Shown here: one piece after another, positions 26,280 through 34,886 of the stretch | Layout: each line of letters opens with the position of its first letter | Position numbering within the stretch: the stretch's first letter is position 1 | NCBI GenBank assembly: GCA_011050075.1 | Contig: DRGK01000008.1 | Location: 1-50,243, forward strand | Direction of reading: 5' to 3' | Length of the DNA stretch: 50,243 nucleotides | From: Candidatus Jorgensenbacteria bacterium | GTDB lineage: Bacteria; Patescibacteriota; Minisyncoccia; UBA6257; GWB1-50-10 | Position numbers and translations under genes: made by a program | Notes under the pieces: model-generated | The model's input: only the letters and a program-made list of their open reading frames with translations | Told to the model about the DNA's origin: nothing | Databases searched by the model: none

Positions 26280-26792
26280 ATGAGAAAGAAAACAAAAAAC
26301 TTAATACCTTGGAGCGTTGGTCTGATATTCCTTGTTGGTATTGTTACGTTGATTGTGGTCAGTGGAAATAGTGACAATCAGAATCCAGCAGCGTATTCAG
26401 CTAGCGTTCTTATGGCCATCAAGAATGATTTTGACTTCAATATAATCTCAATGGAAGATGGCAATGTATCTTACAGATTTGAAGTAAAAAACGAAGGAGA
26501 AGAATCGGTGATAATTGAAAAGGTCTACACCTCCTGCATGTGCACGACTGCGTACATAACTAACAGCTCTGGTAAAAAATACGGCGGGTTTGGTATGCCC
26601 GGTCATGGTCTCTCACCAAAAACAAGTATAGAGATCGGACCTGGTGAGTCAGCTACCATTGAAGCTGTTTTCGACCCCAATGCTCACGGACCCTCTGGAG
26701 TCGGGTTAATCCAGCGCTCAATTTATCTTGAAACTAACTCAGCTAAGTCGCCAAGACTGGAATTCTCATTCCAGGCAACGGTGGTTCGATAG
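26280..26792 (+). CDS. DUF1573-like Ig-fold protein, membrane anchored
   Basis: YTSCMCTTA, IGPGESATIEAVFDP.AHGP.G.G...RSI. Confidence 0.8.
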   Translation: MRKKTKNLIPWSVGLIFLVGIVTLIVVSGNSDNQNPAAYSASVLMAIKNDFDFNIISMEDGNVSYRFEVKNEGEESVIIEKVYTSCMCTTAYITNSSGKKYGGFGMPGHGLSPKTSIEIGPGESATIEAVFDPNAHGPSGVGLIQRSIYLETNSAKSPRLEFSFQATVVR

Positions 26793-26842
26793 TTCGATGA
26801 GCTCACTACAAGTAAACTCATTATAAATGACCAGATAAGCAC

Positions 26843-27700
26843 ATGGATATAATCTTTTCCGCATCTATTATTGCAGCGTTCTTAGCCGGTATGGTTGCGC
26901 TTTTTGCTCCGTGCTGTATCACTGTGCTTCTTCCCGCGTATCTTGCCTCTGCATTCAGAGAGAAAAAGAATGTCTTGAAGATGACCTTTATTTTCTTTGC
27001 CGGGATTTCAGCGATTCTTGTGCCGATTGGGCTGGGTGCAGCCGGTCTTGCTCAAGTATTCAGGGATTTCCATAAAGAACTCTACATTTTTGGTGGATTG
27101 TTTATGCTTCTACTTGCCGTAATGTCGGTTTTGGGGAAAGGAATATCCATGCCGTTGCCGAAGCGCATTCAAGCAAAAATGGACCCGTCCAATACGAAAT
27201 CTGTTTTTATGCTCGGTGTATTGTCTGGAGCTGCCACCTCATGCTGTGCGCCAGTACTTGCAGGAGCAATGACGCTTGCGGTTATCTCAGGCACATTTTG
27301 GAAGGCGCTTGTAGTTGTGTTTGCGTACGTGTTCGGTATGACATTTCCATTGTTTGTCACGGCGTACTTCTATGACAAATATAAGATAGAGCAATCCAAG
27401 ATAATCAAAGGAAAGCTTTTGAAAATGAGAATTGGTGCAAAAACCTTATATGTGCACTCCACTAATTTGATATCGAGTGCCATATTCCTCATAATCGGAG
27501 CAACTATGCTTGTGTTGGGTCTTTCGGGTAATGCCTTTTGGTCACCGCATACGCAGGCGGAAGTGGGGCGCACACTCAACGCTTGGACACAGAACATCCT
27601 TAATTCATTATCGATTATTCCAGACGGTGTTTGGGGCGCGATCATCATCGGAGTTTTCTTTCTCTTTCTCTACAAAATAAAGAGAAACTCTAATAAATAA
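26843..27700 (+). CDS. CcdA/DsbD-TM-like membrane protein with two CC pairs
   Basis: AFLAGMVALFAPCC and GAATSCCAPVL. Confidence 0.85.
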   Translation: MDIIFSASIIAAFLAGMVALFAPCCITVLLPAYLASAFREKKNVLKMTFIFFAGISAILVPIGLGAAGLAQVFRDFHKELYIFGGLFMLLLAVMSVLGKGISMPLPKRIQAKMDPSNTKSVFMLGVLSGAATSCCAPVLAGAMTLAVISGTFWKALVVVFAYVFGMTFPLFVTAYFYDKYKIEQSKIIKGKLLKMRIGAKTLYVHSTNLISSAIFLIIGATMLVLGLSGNAFWSPHTQAEVGRTLNAWTQNILNSLSIIPDGVWGAIIIGVFFLFLYKIKRNSNK

Positions 27701-27711
27701 ATTAATAAAAC

Positions 27712-28671
27712 ATGGAATTACTTAATCAAAACGACGACAAAAAACGTACCTCGGCGGATTCTCAGAAAAAAGAAGTGAACTATTGGAAATGGATTGCAAT
27801 AGGGTTTGTAGGAATCCTTGTGTTTACGCAATTATTTGACATAAACATAAACTCCCGCTTCGGTTCTGGTAGGGGCTTGCAAGCGAATATAGTGCAAAAT
27901 CAAGACAGTGTTGACTTAGAAAAAGCAGTATTGCCGTCTGGCGGGGTAACCTTACCGGTCAGGTGGGGTGATTTAGGTAAACAGATGATTGAAGCCGGTG
28001 TGATTGATCAGGAAAAATTTGAATCCCTCTATGCGCGGAGAGGTGGGCTTGATGAAGATGCAGAAAAACTGCTCTATGGTACAAACAATGGGAAGTTAAG
28101 AATAGATGAACAAAATTCCGGATTCTTGCTCAATCTTTTGTGGGCCTTTGGTTTAGCAAATCAAAACGGGATTTTAGAGGAAGGGCCGATACAGGACTTA
28201 AAATACGGAGGAGACGTAAGCCGCTTTGCTTCTACCGGCGGATGGAGCTTGGCAAAAGGCGATGTAATGAATCACTACAGCAAGCACCCATTTATTGTCT
28301 TGACCACCGAACAGCAGAATCTTGTTGAGAGGGTATCACAAAATATTTATCGCCCGTGCTGCGGAAATTCGACATACTTCCCGGACTGCAATCATGGCAT
28401 GGCAATGCTCGGTCTTCTTGAGTTGCTCGCTTCACAAGGCATCGGTGAGAAAGAAATGTATGAAGTGGCACTTCAGGTAAACTCCTACTGGTTCCCGGAC
28501 ACCTATCTTACCATTGCCAAGTACTTTGAGAAGCGAGGTGTTGAGTGGGGTGACGTAAACCCAAAAGAGATTCTTGGGTCGGCATACTCCAGCGCGCAGG
28601 GTTATCGCCAGATTCTTGCAGAAGTTGTACCACCGCAATCTCGAAATAGCGGGGGCGGTTGCGGTATATAA
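27712..28671 (+). CDS. Membrane-anchored hypothetical protein with RPCC...DCNHG motif and C-terminal GGGCGI
   Basis: Single TM segment; YRPCCGNSTYFPDCNHGMA. Confidence 0.85.
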   Translation: MELLNQNDDKKRTSADSQKKEVNYWKWIAIGFVGILVFTQLFDININSRFGSGRGLQANIVQNQDSVDLEKAVLPSGGVTLPVRWGDLGKQMIEAGVIDQEKFESLYARRGGLDEDAEKLLYGTNNGKLRIDEQNSGFLLNLLWAFGLANQNGILEEGPIQDLKYGGDVSRFASTGGWSLAKGDVMNHYSKHPFIVLTTEQQNLVERVSQNIYRPCCGNSTYFPDCNHGMAMLGLLELLASQGIGEKEMYEVALQVNSYWFPDTYLTIAKYFEKRGVEWGDVNPKEILGSAYSSAQGYRQILAEVVPPQSRNSGGGCGI

Positions 28672-29123
28672 AGGATAAATACATAGACAAAGCCACAATA
28701 ACAAAACCAATATTGTACGGGGCTGTTGGGACGACCGCACTACTCGGCGTGTATTTCAGTATTATTACTCTTGTCTCTGACTGGACTTTCGCCTTGGATC
28801 AGTTCTCTCAATTTTGGTATTTCATTGTGAGTTTGGCGGTTGGTTTCGGCATACAAGTTGGCCTCTATACATATCTGAAAAACGTCGTCCATAGAATAAA
28901 CTCTTCGGGCAAGGTGCTGGCAGTATCAGGCGCGACTTCAACCGGTGCCATGATATCATGCTGCGCGCACTACCTTATAAATATTCTGCCGGTCCTCGGT
29001 ATTACTGGTTTTGTGAGCATCATAAGCCAGTATCAGGTTGAGTTCTTTTGGATTGGGCTTGCATTCAATATCGTAGGGATCATCTACATAGCAAGAAAAG
29101 TAATTATCTTTCATCAAACATGA
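28659..29123 (+). CDS. Membrane protein with SCCAH motif
   Basis: Four TM segments; MISCCAHYL; overlaps its neighbours, consistent with coupling. Confidence 0.8.
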   Translation: MRYIKDKYIDKATITKPILYGAVGTTALLGVYFSIITLVSDWTFALDQFSQFWYFIVSLAVGFGIQVGLYTYLKNVVHRINSSGKVLAVSGATSTGAMISCCAHYLINILPVLGITGFVSIISQYQVEFFWIGLAFNIVGIIYIARKVIIFHQT

Positions 29124-29551
29124 AAAAAACACATCTTATTATTATTGGCATAGTTGGAATTGTTGCGGCGGCTCTTCTAATAAACGCAGTATATGTGGAC
29201 AATACAATCCCAACTTCATCTGCTGCTCTCTTCAGCACCAAAACAAACAGCGAGGGTAATGTTTCAGTAATGGCAACGCCAATCGATCAATCAGATTGGA
29301 GCTTTGAGATAACGCTTAATACCCACTCTGTAGATATCAATGAAGACTTAGCTCAAGTTTCAACTCTTACAGACGAAAATGGCAACGAATATAAACCAAT
29401 TGAATGGCGAGGCGATCCGCCCGGTGGCCATCATCGCAAAGGAGTGCTTAGTTTTGGCGAAATCACGCCACGACCACAATCAATTACCCTATTTATTAGT
29501 CAAATTGGCGGTATAGACGAACGTAAATTCGAGTGGATAACTCAACCTTGA
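29120..29551 (+). CDS. Secreted/anchored hypothetical protein with NTHS and GGHH motifs
   Basis: N-terminal TM; His motifs suggest metal binding. Confidence 0.8.
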   Translation: MKKTHLIIIGIVGIVAAALLINAVYVDNTIPTSSAALFSTKTNSEGNVSVMATPIDQSDWSFEITLNTHSVDINEDLAQVSTLTDENGNEYKPIEWRGDPPGGHHRKGVLSFGEITPRPQSITLFISQIGGIDERKFEWITQP

Positions 29552-29577
29552 CCTAAAATACCCCATAGGGGTATAAT
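29548..29577 (+). promoter_or_regulatory. csoR promoter with CsoR-type operator
   Basis: TTGACC-18-TATAAT enclosing the palindrome ATACCCC-ATA-GGGGTAT (29558-29574). Confidence 0.85.
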
Positions 29578-29585
29578 GACGACAT

Positions 29586-29855
29586 ATGAAGCCGGAAATC
29601 AAGAAACAAGTCGTCCGAAGACTCAAAATTGCAGAAGGTCAAATTCGCGGTCTTCAGAGAATGGTCGATAAAGAAGAGTATTGCATTGATATTATTACGC
29701 AATCCCTTGCAATTAAACAAGCATTGTCTAGTGTGGAAGATTTGCTTTTAGAGAATCATCTCTCCTCCCATGTTATTAATCAAATTAAATCAGGAAAAGA
29801 AGGAAAAGCAATTAAAGAAATTATGACCGTGTATAAAATCTCAAAGAAAAAGTAA
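29586..29855 (+). CDS. csoR: CsoR/RcnR family metal-sensing repressor (C33-H58-H62)
   Basis: RRLKIAEGQIRGLQRM, YCIDIITQ, LENHLSSHV. Confidence 0.93.
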   Translation: MKPEIKKQVVRRLKIAEGQIRGLQRMVDKEEYCIDIITQSLAIKQALSSVEDLLLENHLSSHVINQIKSGKEGKAIKEIMTVYKISKKK

Positions 29856-29919
29856 TCCGAGGAGCGAGAGCATTGTTCATATTAGATACTTAGTGCATGG
29901 TTATTGATAATATTTAATA

Positions 29920-31089
29920 ATGACACAGCAGCCCCTAGATCAATTAACCACTGTTCAGAAAAAAACAAGAACCTATCTTGTTGTCGCTTTTTTCATACTA
30001 ACAGCTGTGTTTCTGGTTGGTATTTTTTGGCTGGCTTCAACTCCCGGACAAACCGTAGGCTTAACACTCGCTTTTGCTGCCGGGCTTTCCATGATTGTCT
30101 TACCCTGCACTTTCCCTTTGGTTTTTGTGATTGTTCCTCTTGCCATGGGCAAAAGTCCCAAAAAGGGGTTGCTGATGGCTGTCCTTTTTGGTTTGGGTCT
30201 TATTATTACTTTAAGCATTTATGGAGTTGTAGTTGCTTGGGCCGGTCAGATTTTTGGTTTAGCCAGCGTTAGTAAATGGATGTTTTTGGTGGCAGGTGTT
30301 GCCGCTTTACTTTTTGGGCTTTCTGAATTGGGGCTTATTCACCTAAAACTTCCCTACTACAAAGGAGCAACCCCGCAATTCGTTCAAAAGCAAGGAGATT
30401 ATTTAAAGGCATTTTTTATGGGGTTGTTTTTGGGCAATGCCGGCATTGCGTGTCCCAATCCTGCCACCTATGTAATTTTGACCTATATTGCCTCAAGTGG
30501 AAGTATCGCTTATGGCGCCGCCCTGCAAGCGGTCAACGGACTCGGAAGATTTTTACCGCTTCTTGCTGTTACAATCCTCGCCATCGCAGGAGTCAATGCC
30601 TCAATGTGGTTTATGCGGAAGAAAGAAGCAATACAAAAAGCTACTGCGTGGATGCTTATCGTGGTCGGCGCCTTTGTCGTGGTCTGGGGAATTTACGGGC
30701 ACTTTTGGTTTTTGAATACGCCGCTGCACAGTGGATGGACAAGATGGTTTGGAACTACAATTAGTTCTAGTGTGGCTGAATACGAATGTTGTATTAATCC
30801 TCCTTGCGGTCAATGTCTTGATGGCTGGATTTGGGGCCCCGGAGTGTGCGAGTGTCGTATTCATCTAGAACAAGGTCACCTCGATCAAGTTTGCCCGGAG
30901 TGCAGGGTCGGACTTGCAGAGGGTAAGGGCGTGTTTGATATAGCCAAGAGAACAGAAAAGCCGGCCCTTGCTTTGCTTGGGGGCTTAATCTTGGGGCCCG
31001 CCGTCTGGTACATTGCCAAAAGAAGGTTTTCAAAAAAAGAAGATGATGAGGACGGCTCAAAAGAAACAACCGAAATAAAACATGAGTAA
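29920..31089 (+). CDS. CcdA-like membrane protein fused to a C-terminal 8-Cys domain
   Basis: LPCTFP and GIACPNP redox Cys pair; YECCINPPCGQC...CEC...CPEC. Confidence 0.85.
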   Translation: MTQQPLDQLTTVQKKTRTYLVVAFFILTAVFLVGIFWLASTPGQTVGLTLAFAAGLSMIVLPCTFPLVFVIVPLAMGKSPKKGLLMAVLFGLGLIITLSIYGVVVAWAGQIFGLASVSKWMFLVAGVAALLFGLSELGLIHLKLPYYKGATPQFVQKQGDYLKAFFMGLFLGNAGIACPNPATYVILTYIASSGSIAYGAALQAVNGLGRFLPLLAVTILAIAGVNASMWFMRKKEAIQKATAWMLIVVGAFVVVWGIYGHFWFLNTPLHSGWTRWFGTTISSSVAEYECCINPPCGQCLDGWIWGPGVCECRIHLEQGHLDQVCPECRVGLAEGKGVFDIAKRTEKPALALLGGLILGPAVWYIAKRRFSKKEDDEDGSKETTEIKHE

Positions 31090-31255
31090 TAAAGCCACCA
31101 GTATATATTTTGTAATCTTTGCTGTTTTGTATTTTGGCTACACCGTTTTTATTGCAGCTCATGGAATTCATTGGACAAATTCTATAATTACAATCGCGGT
31201 AATCGCCTTAGCAATTTATTACTATTTTAAAGGTCGAAAATTGAGTAAAAAATAA
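31082..31255 (+). CDS. Small 2-TM protein, 57 aa (MSNKATSIYFVIFAVLYFGYTVFIAAHGIHWTNSIITIAVIALAIYYYFKGRKLSKK); absent from the ORF track
   Basis: Fills the gap exactly (overlaps the upstream stop, ends 2 nt before the next ATG); two TM segments, HxxH loop, basic tail. Confidence 0.75.
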   Translation: MSNKATSIYFVIFAVLYFGYTVFIAAHGIHWTNSIITIAVIALAIYYYFKGRKLSKK

Positions 31256-31257
31256 AC

Positions 31258-31719
31258 ATGAAGATAGCAAAGAGTAGCCTCATTTTAGGATTGGCTTTAG
31301 TGTTGATTGCAGGAATGGCCTTTGGGTATTTCATAAAGCCGTCAGCACCGTCAGAAGATCATCTGGCAATGATAAAAAATAAAAGCATTGCCGAACAAAG
31401 AGAAGCTTGGATTGGTATTGCCGATAGTATTAGAGGTGAATTGGCAATGGAAGGAAAGTATGATTGTTGTTTAGACAAGCCGTGTTGGTACTGTATTCAG
31501 AAAACTCCCGGACATGGCGAAGGAGCGGAATGCACATGCAGACAGGACATTTTAAACGGCGAGCATCCATGCGGCGAATGTATTGGTGAAATCTTGGAAG
31601 GGCACGGGCTTGCTGAATTGAAGCCATTTTATGCCAAAGCAATCGCTCACAAAGTGGGATTACAGCACGAGGAACACTTACAGGATATGATTAATGATAT
31701 GTATCCGGAAATTCAATAG
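31258..31719 (+). CDS. Membrane-anchored stand-alone 8-Cys domain protein
   Basis: N-terminal TM; YDCCLDKPCWYC...CTC...CGEC. Confidence 0.85.
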   Translation: MKIAKSSLILGLALVLIAGMAFGYFIKPSAPSEDHLAMIKNKSIAEQREAWIGIADSIRGELAMEGKYDCCLDKPCWYCIQKTPGHGEGAECTCRQDILNGEHPCGECIGEILEGHGLAELKPFYAKAIAHKVGLQHEEHLQDMINDMYPEIQ

Positions 31720-31724
31720 ATTTT

Positions 31725-31931
31725 ATGAATTGGTTTAATATTGGTCTGACATTAGATACATTAGGCAAGGTGTTGCTTGGCATTACCGTGCTGATGGTTC
31801 ATTGGCATGTTTTGAAAGAGCACAAAATAGACGCTGATGTATTACGCACAATGAAACGAGAGCAGGCCTTAGGCGCATCAGCAATTTTGTTGATTATTAT
31901 TGGTTATGTCTTACAGCTATTATTTCATTAA
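31725..31931 (+). CDS. Small 2-TM membrane protein
   Basis: Two hydrophobic helices with a HWH..EH loop. Confidence 0.75.
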   Translation: MNWFNIGLTLDTLGKVLLGITVLMVHWHVLKEHKIDADVLRTMKREQALGASAILLIIIGYVLQLLFH

Positions 31932-31970
31932 AGGTCGGGTAGAATAAATGAAAAGGTTAGTCTTTACTCT

Positions 31971-32165
31971 ATGGTTTTAGGATTATTCAAAAAACATTGT
32001 CCCGTTTGCGGCCAAGATGTGGAAAAGGGAAAAGCGGTGAAAAGATTCGGTGAGTATCTTTGTTCTGAAGAGCACGCTGAGGAATACCACAAGAAGTTAA
32101 CTAAAGAAGAATCGAAAGACGCAGGTCGTGGCGGTCGTGGCGGTCGTGGCGGTTGTTGTGGTTGA
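31971..32165 (+). CDS. Small TRASH/YHS-like metal-binding protein ending GGCCG
   Basis: CPVCG...YLCSEEH. Confidence 0.8.
   Translation: MVLGLFKKHCPVCGQDVEKGKAVKRFGEYLCSEEHAEEYHKKLTKEESKDAGRGGRGGRGGCCG
32124..32150 (+). repeat. Tandem repeat (GGTCGTGGC)x3 encoding (GRG)3
   Basis: Three exact 9-bp copies. Confidence 0.85.
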
Positions 32166-32364
32166 TAAGCTTACCCATGAAGAAAAATATTAAGATAGAG
32201 GAGTAAAAACAAAGTTCACTTCTTTACCGGGTTATTGGTGAAGACGACATTTCTCGTTTTGGATACATAGCTTTCGATGCAGGAATCCAAAAATTGTTGC
32301 GGTGAGTGGAAGTTTGACCAAATAAAATATTATAAAGGTCGGAATAAATAAGAAGTAATCAATT

Positions 32365-32658
32365 ATGAATAACGAACATTATTGCCAAATTAGTAAAAAC
32401 GGATTTGCGCTTGCGGTCAGCGGAGTGATGGGGGCACTCTATGTTATATGTGCGGCATTTGTTGCTCTTTGGCCGGACTTCTCTCTTCAACTTTTCGGCT
32501 GGCTTGTTCACTTAGTGAATGTTGAGAAGTTTGCCGGCGATGTCGCGGTAACTTTTAGCGGATTTACTTTGGGACTGGTTCAGGCAGTTGTCTACACCTA
32601 TATTGGCGCTTGGCTTGTTGCATGGCTTCACAATAAATTCTGCGGGTCGAATAAATAA
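32365..32658 (+). CDS. DUF5676-like 2-TM protein
   Basis: YVICAAFVALWP...WLVH...AWLHN. Confidence 0.75.
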   Translation: MNNEHYCQISKNGFALAVSGVMGALYVICAAFVALWPDFSLQLFGWLVHLVNVEKFAGDVAVTFSGFTLGLVQAVVYTYIGAWLVAWLHNKFCGSNK

Positions 32659-32717
32659 TAATTACAACTATCGACGCAAAAGTCGGACACGAGTCAAAGT
32701 TAATATCCATACGAATT

Positions 32718-32975
32718 ATGAATAAAATTCAATTCTTAACAATGCCTAATTGTCACAACTGTGAAGCTGTCAAAAAGATCTTTGATGAAATAATGCCAGA
32801 TTTTTCTGACAAAGTGGAGGTTGAAGAAATTGACATGACAACACCAGAAGGACAAGAGCTGGTACAGAAATACAGCATTATGTCCTCTCCTGGAATAGTT
32901 ATTAGCGGAGAACTTTTTTCAACTGGCGGAGTGGATAGAGAGAAATTAGTAGAAAAGGTTAAGTCACTAAAGTAA
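32718..32975 (+). CDS. Small thioredoxin/glutaredoxin-like protein
   Basis: PNCHNC, YSIMSSPGIVI. Confidence 0.9.
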   Translation: MNKIQFLTMPNCHNCEAVKKIFDEIMPDFSDKVEVEEIDMTTPEGQELVQKYSIMSSPGIVISGELFSTGGVDREKLVEKVKSLK

Positions 32976-32989
32976 AAAACTAAAGTTGT

Positions 32990-33691
32990 ATGCACTATGC
33001 TTGGTTTTTCTGGAGCCTGACGCTTTTGGTTGTTTGGGGAGTTGTATACCTATTACTAAGGGATAAAACCAGCAGGAAAGAAATGCTTGTAGTGAGTTTA
33101 TGGACGTCTCTTTTAGGTCTAGCTGAACCAATATTTGTTCCGGAGTACTGGAACCCACCGTCACTATTTAACTTAGCTCAAAAGACCGGATTTGATATTG
33201 AAAGTCTCCTTTTTGCATTCGGCATTGGCGGACTGGCAGTTGTTATATACGAAAGAATTTTTCGCATTAAGCACGAACAAATGAGCGCGGAGGAAAAGCA
33301 TAAACCGCGGCACAAATATCACATGTTCGCACTTCTTTCTGCGCCAGTTATATTCGTTTTACTGTTATTGTTTACCAATCTCAACCCTATTTATTCAACA
33401 TTTATTGCATTGATTGGCGGAGGACTTGCTACTTGGTATTGCCGACCTGATCTTAAAAAGAAAATGTTTACAAGCGCGTTTATATTCTTAGGACTCTACT
33501 TTGTTTATTTCCTAACACTTACTCTCACATACCCCGGTTATGTTGGGCTGGTTTGGAATATCTCAGCAATATCAGGAACTTTGATATTAGGTATTCCCTT
33601 AGAAGAACTGATGTTTGCTTTTGGATTAGGGTTCCTCTGGTCGAGTGTCTATGAACATATAACATGGCGTAAGGTAAAAAACATTAGATAG
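32990..33691 (+). CDS. Lycopene-cyclase-domain-like membrane protein (two repeats)
   Basis: Repeated motifs ...FDIESLLFAF and ...GIPLEELMFAF (the PxEE pattern); multi-TM. Confidence 0.7.
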   Translation: MHYAWFFWSLTLLVVWGVVYLLLRDKTSRKEMLVVSLWTSLLGLAEPIFVPEYWNPPSLFNLAQKTGFDIESLLFAFGIGGLAVVIYERIFRIKHEQMSAEEKHKPRHKYHMFALLSAPVIFVLLLLFTNLNPIYSTFIALIGGGLATWYCRPDLKKKMFTSAFIFLGLYFVYFLTLTLTYPGYVGLVWNISAISGTLILGIPLEELMFAFGLGFLWSSVYEHITWRKVKNIR

Positions 33692-33696
33692 CGCTG

Positions 33697-33725
33697 TTGA
33701 CTCTAATACCCCCTATGGGTATACT
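33697..33725 (+). promoter_or_regulatory. cfa-copA promoter with a second CsoR-type operator
   Basis: TTGACT-17-TATACT enclosing ATACCC-CCTAT-GGGTAT (33706-33722). Confidence 0.85.
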
Positions 33726-33742
33726 CATTATATTATATTATT

Positions 33743-34867
33743 GTGCAGGAAATCATTACTCGTATGAGAAAAGAAAAACAAATTATTGAATCTCTGCTCT
33801 ATGATGCTGGTATCACTATAAACGGCAGTGAACCACATGACCCACAGGTGCATAATGAGAATTTTTATGGTCGCGTGTTGCGTCAAGGGTCATTGGGACT
33901 TGGAGAATCATATATGGACGGATGGTGGGACTGTGAACAGCTTGATCAGTTATTCCACAAACTTATTTTGGCCGAGCTTGATCGAAAAGTAAGAGGCGAT
34001 TTGAATATGATGCTAAAGGTTGCCTGGAGTGCTGTTATTGGCATTGGCAGCAAATTAAAAGCGTTTGAGATTGGCCGGCATCATTATGACATTGGCAATG
34101 ATCTTTATCGCGCTATGCTTGATAAGCGATTGACCTATACATGCGGGTATTGGAAGAATGCGAAAAACCTCAACGAAGCACAGGAAGCGAAACTTGATCT
34201 TGTATGTGAAAAAATCGGCCTTAGGCACGGGCAGAAAATACTTGACATTGGTTCTGGCTGGGGAAGTTTTATTGGATTTGCTGCGGAGAAATACAAGGTG
34301 AGCGCTGTTGGAGTTACCATTTCAAAAGAACAGAAAGAACTTGCCGACAAATTATACAGGAATCTTCCCGTGGAAACCCGGCTGCAAGACTATCGTGATA
34401 TAAACGAAAAGTTTGACCATGTTGTATCCTTAGGAATGTTTGAACATGTTGGTTATAAGCACTACCGGGATTTTATGAAAATTGTGCACGGTGCTCTAAA
34501 GGATGATGGGCTTTTCTTACTGCACACTATTGGCGGCAATCGCTCTGTGCGGGGAACGAATCCATGGATTGGTAAATATATTTTCCCCAATTCAATGCTT
34601 CCCTCGGTGCGGCAGATCAGTAAGGCGATAGAGGGACTCTTCGTTATGGAAGACTGGCATAATTTCGGAGCTTATTATGACAAAACATTGCTTGCATGGC
34701 ATAATAATTTTGAAAACAATTGGGACAAAATAAAATCAAATTATGACGATAAATTTTATAGAATGTGGACGTACTATTTATTGTCTTGCGCTGGATCGTT
34801 CAGAGCAAGGAAGAACCAATTATGGCAGATTGTGCTTTCAAAAAAAGGGTGTCCGGAGCGGGTATAA
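33743..34867 (+). CDS. cfa: Cyclopropane-fatty-acyl-phospholipid synthase (start may be ATG 33764)
   Basis: LGLGESYMDGWWDC, HYDIGNDL, YTCGYW, LDIGSGWG, VSLGMFEHVG, YIFPN, RMWTYYL..CAG.FRAR. Confidence 0.96.
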   Translation: MQEIITRMRKEKQIIESLLYDAGITINGSEPHDPQVHNENFYGRVLRQGSLGLGESYMDGWWDCEQLDQLFHKLILAELDRKVRGDLNMMLKVAWSAVIGIGSKLKAFEIGRHHYDIGNDLYRAMLDKRLTYTCGYWKNAKNLNEAQEAKLDLVCEKIGLRHGQKILDIGSGWGSFIGFAAEKYKVSAVGVTISKEQKELADKLYRNLPVETRLQDYRDINEKFDHVVSLGMFEHVGYKHYRDFMKIVHGALKDDGLFLLHTIGGNRSVRGTNPWIGKYIFPNSMLPSVRQISKAIEGLFVMEDWHNFGAYYDKTLLAWHNNFENNWDKIKSNYDDKFYRMWTYYLLSCAGSFRARKNQLWQIVLSKKGCPERV

Positions 34868-34886
34868 ATCAATTCGTTAAATAAAT

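Noticed and set aside
32177-32325. Possible decayed small gene (MKKNIKIE.. / ..YW*RRHFSFWIHSFRC..)
   Set aside because: Needs both a frameshift and a stop read-through, and I cannot name a homologue; tBLASTn would be needed
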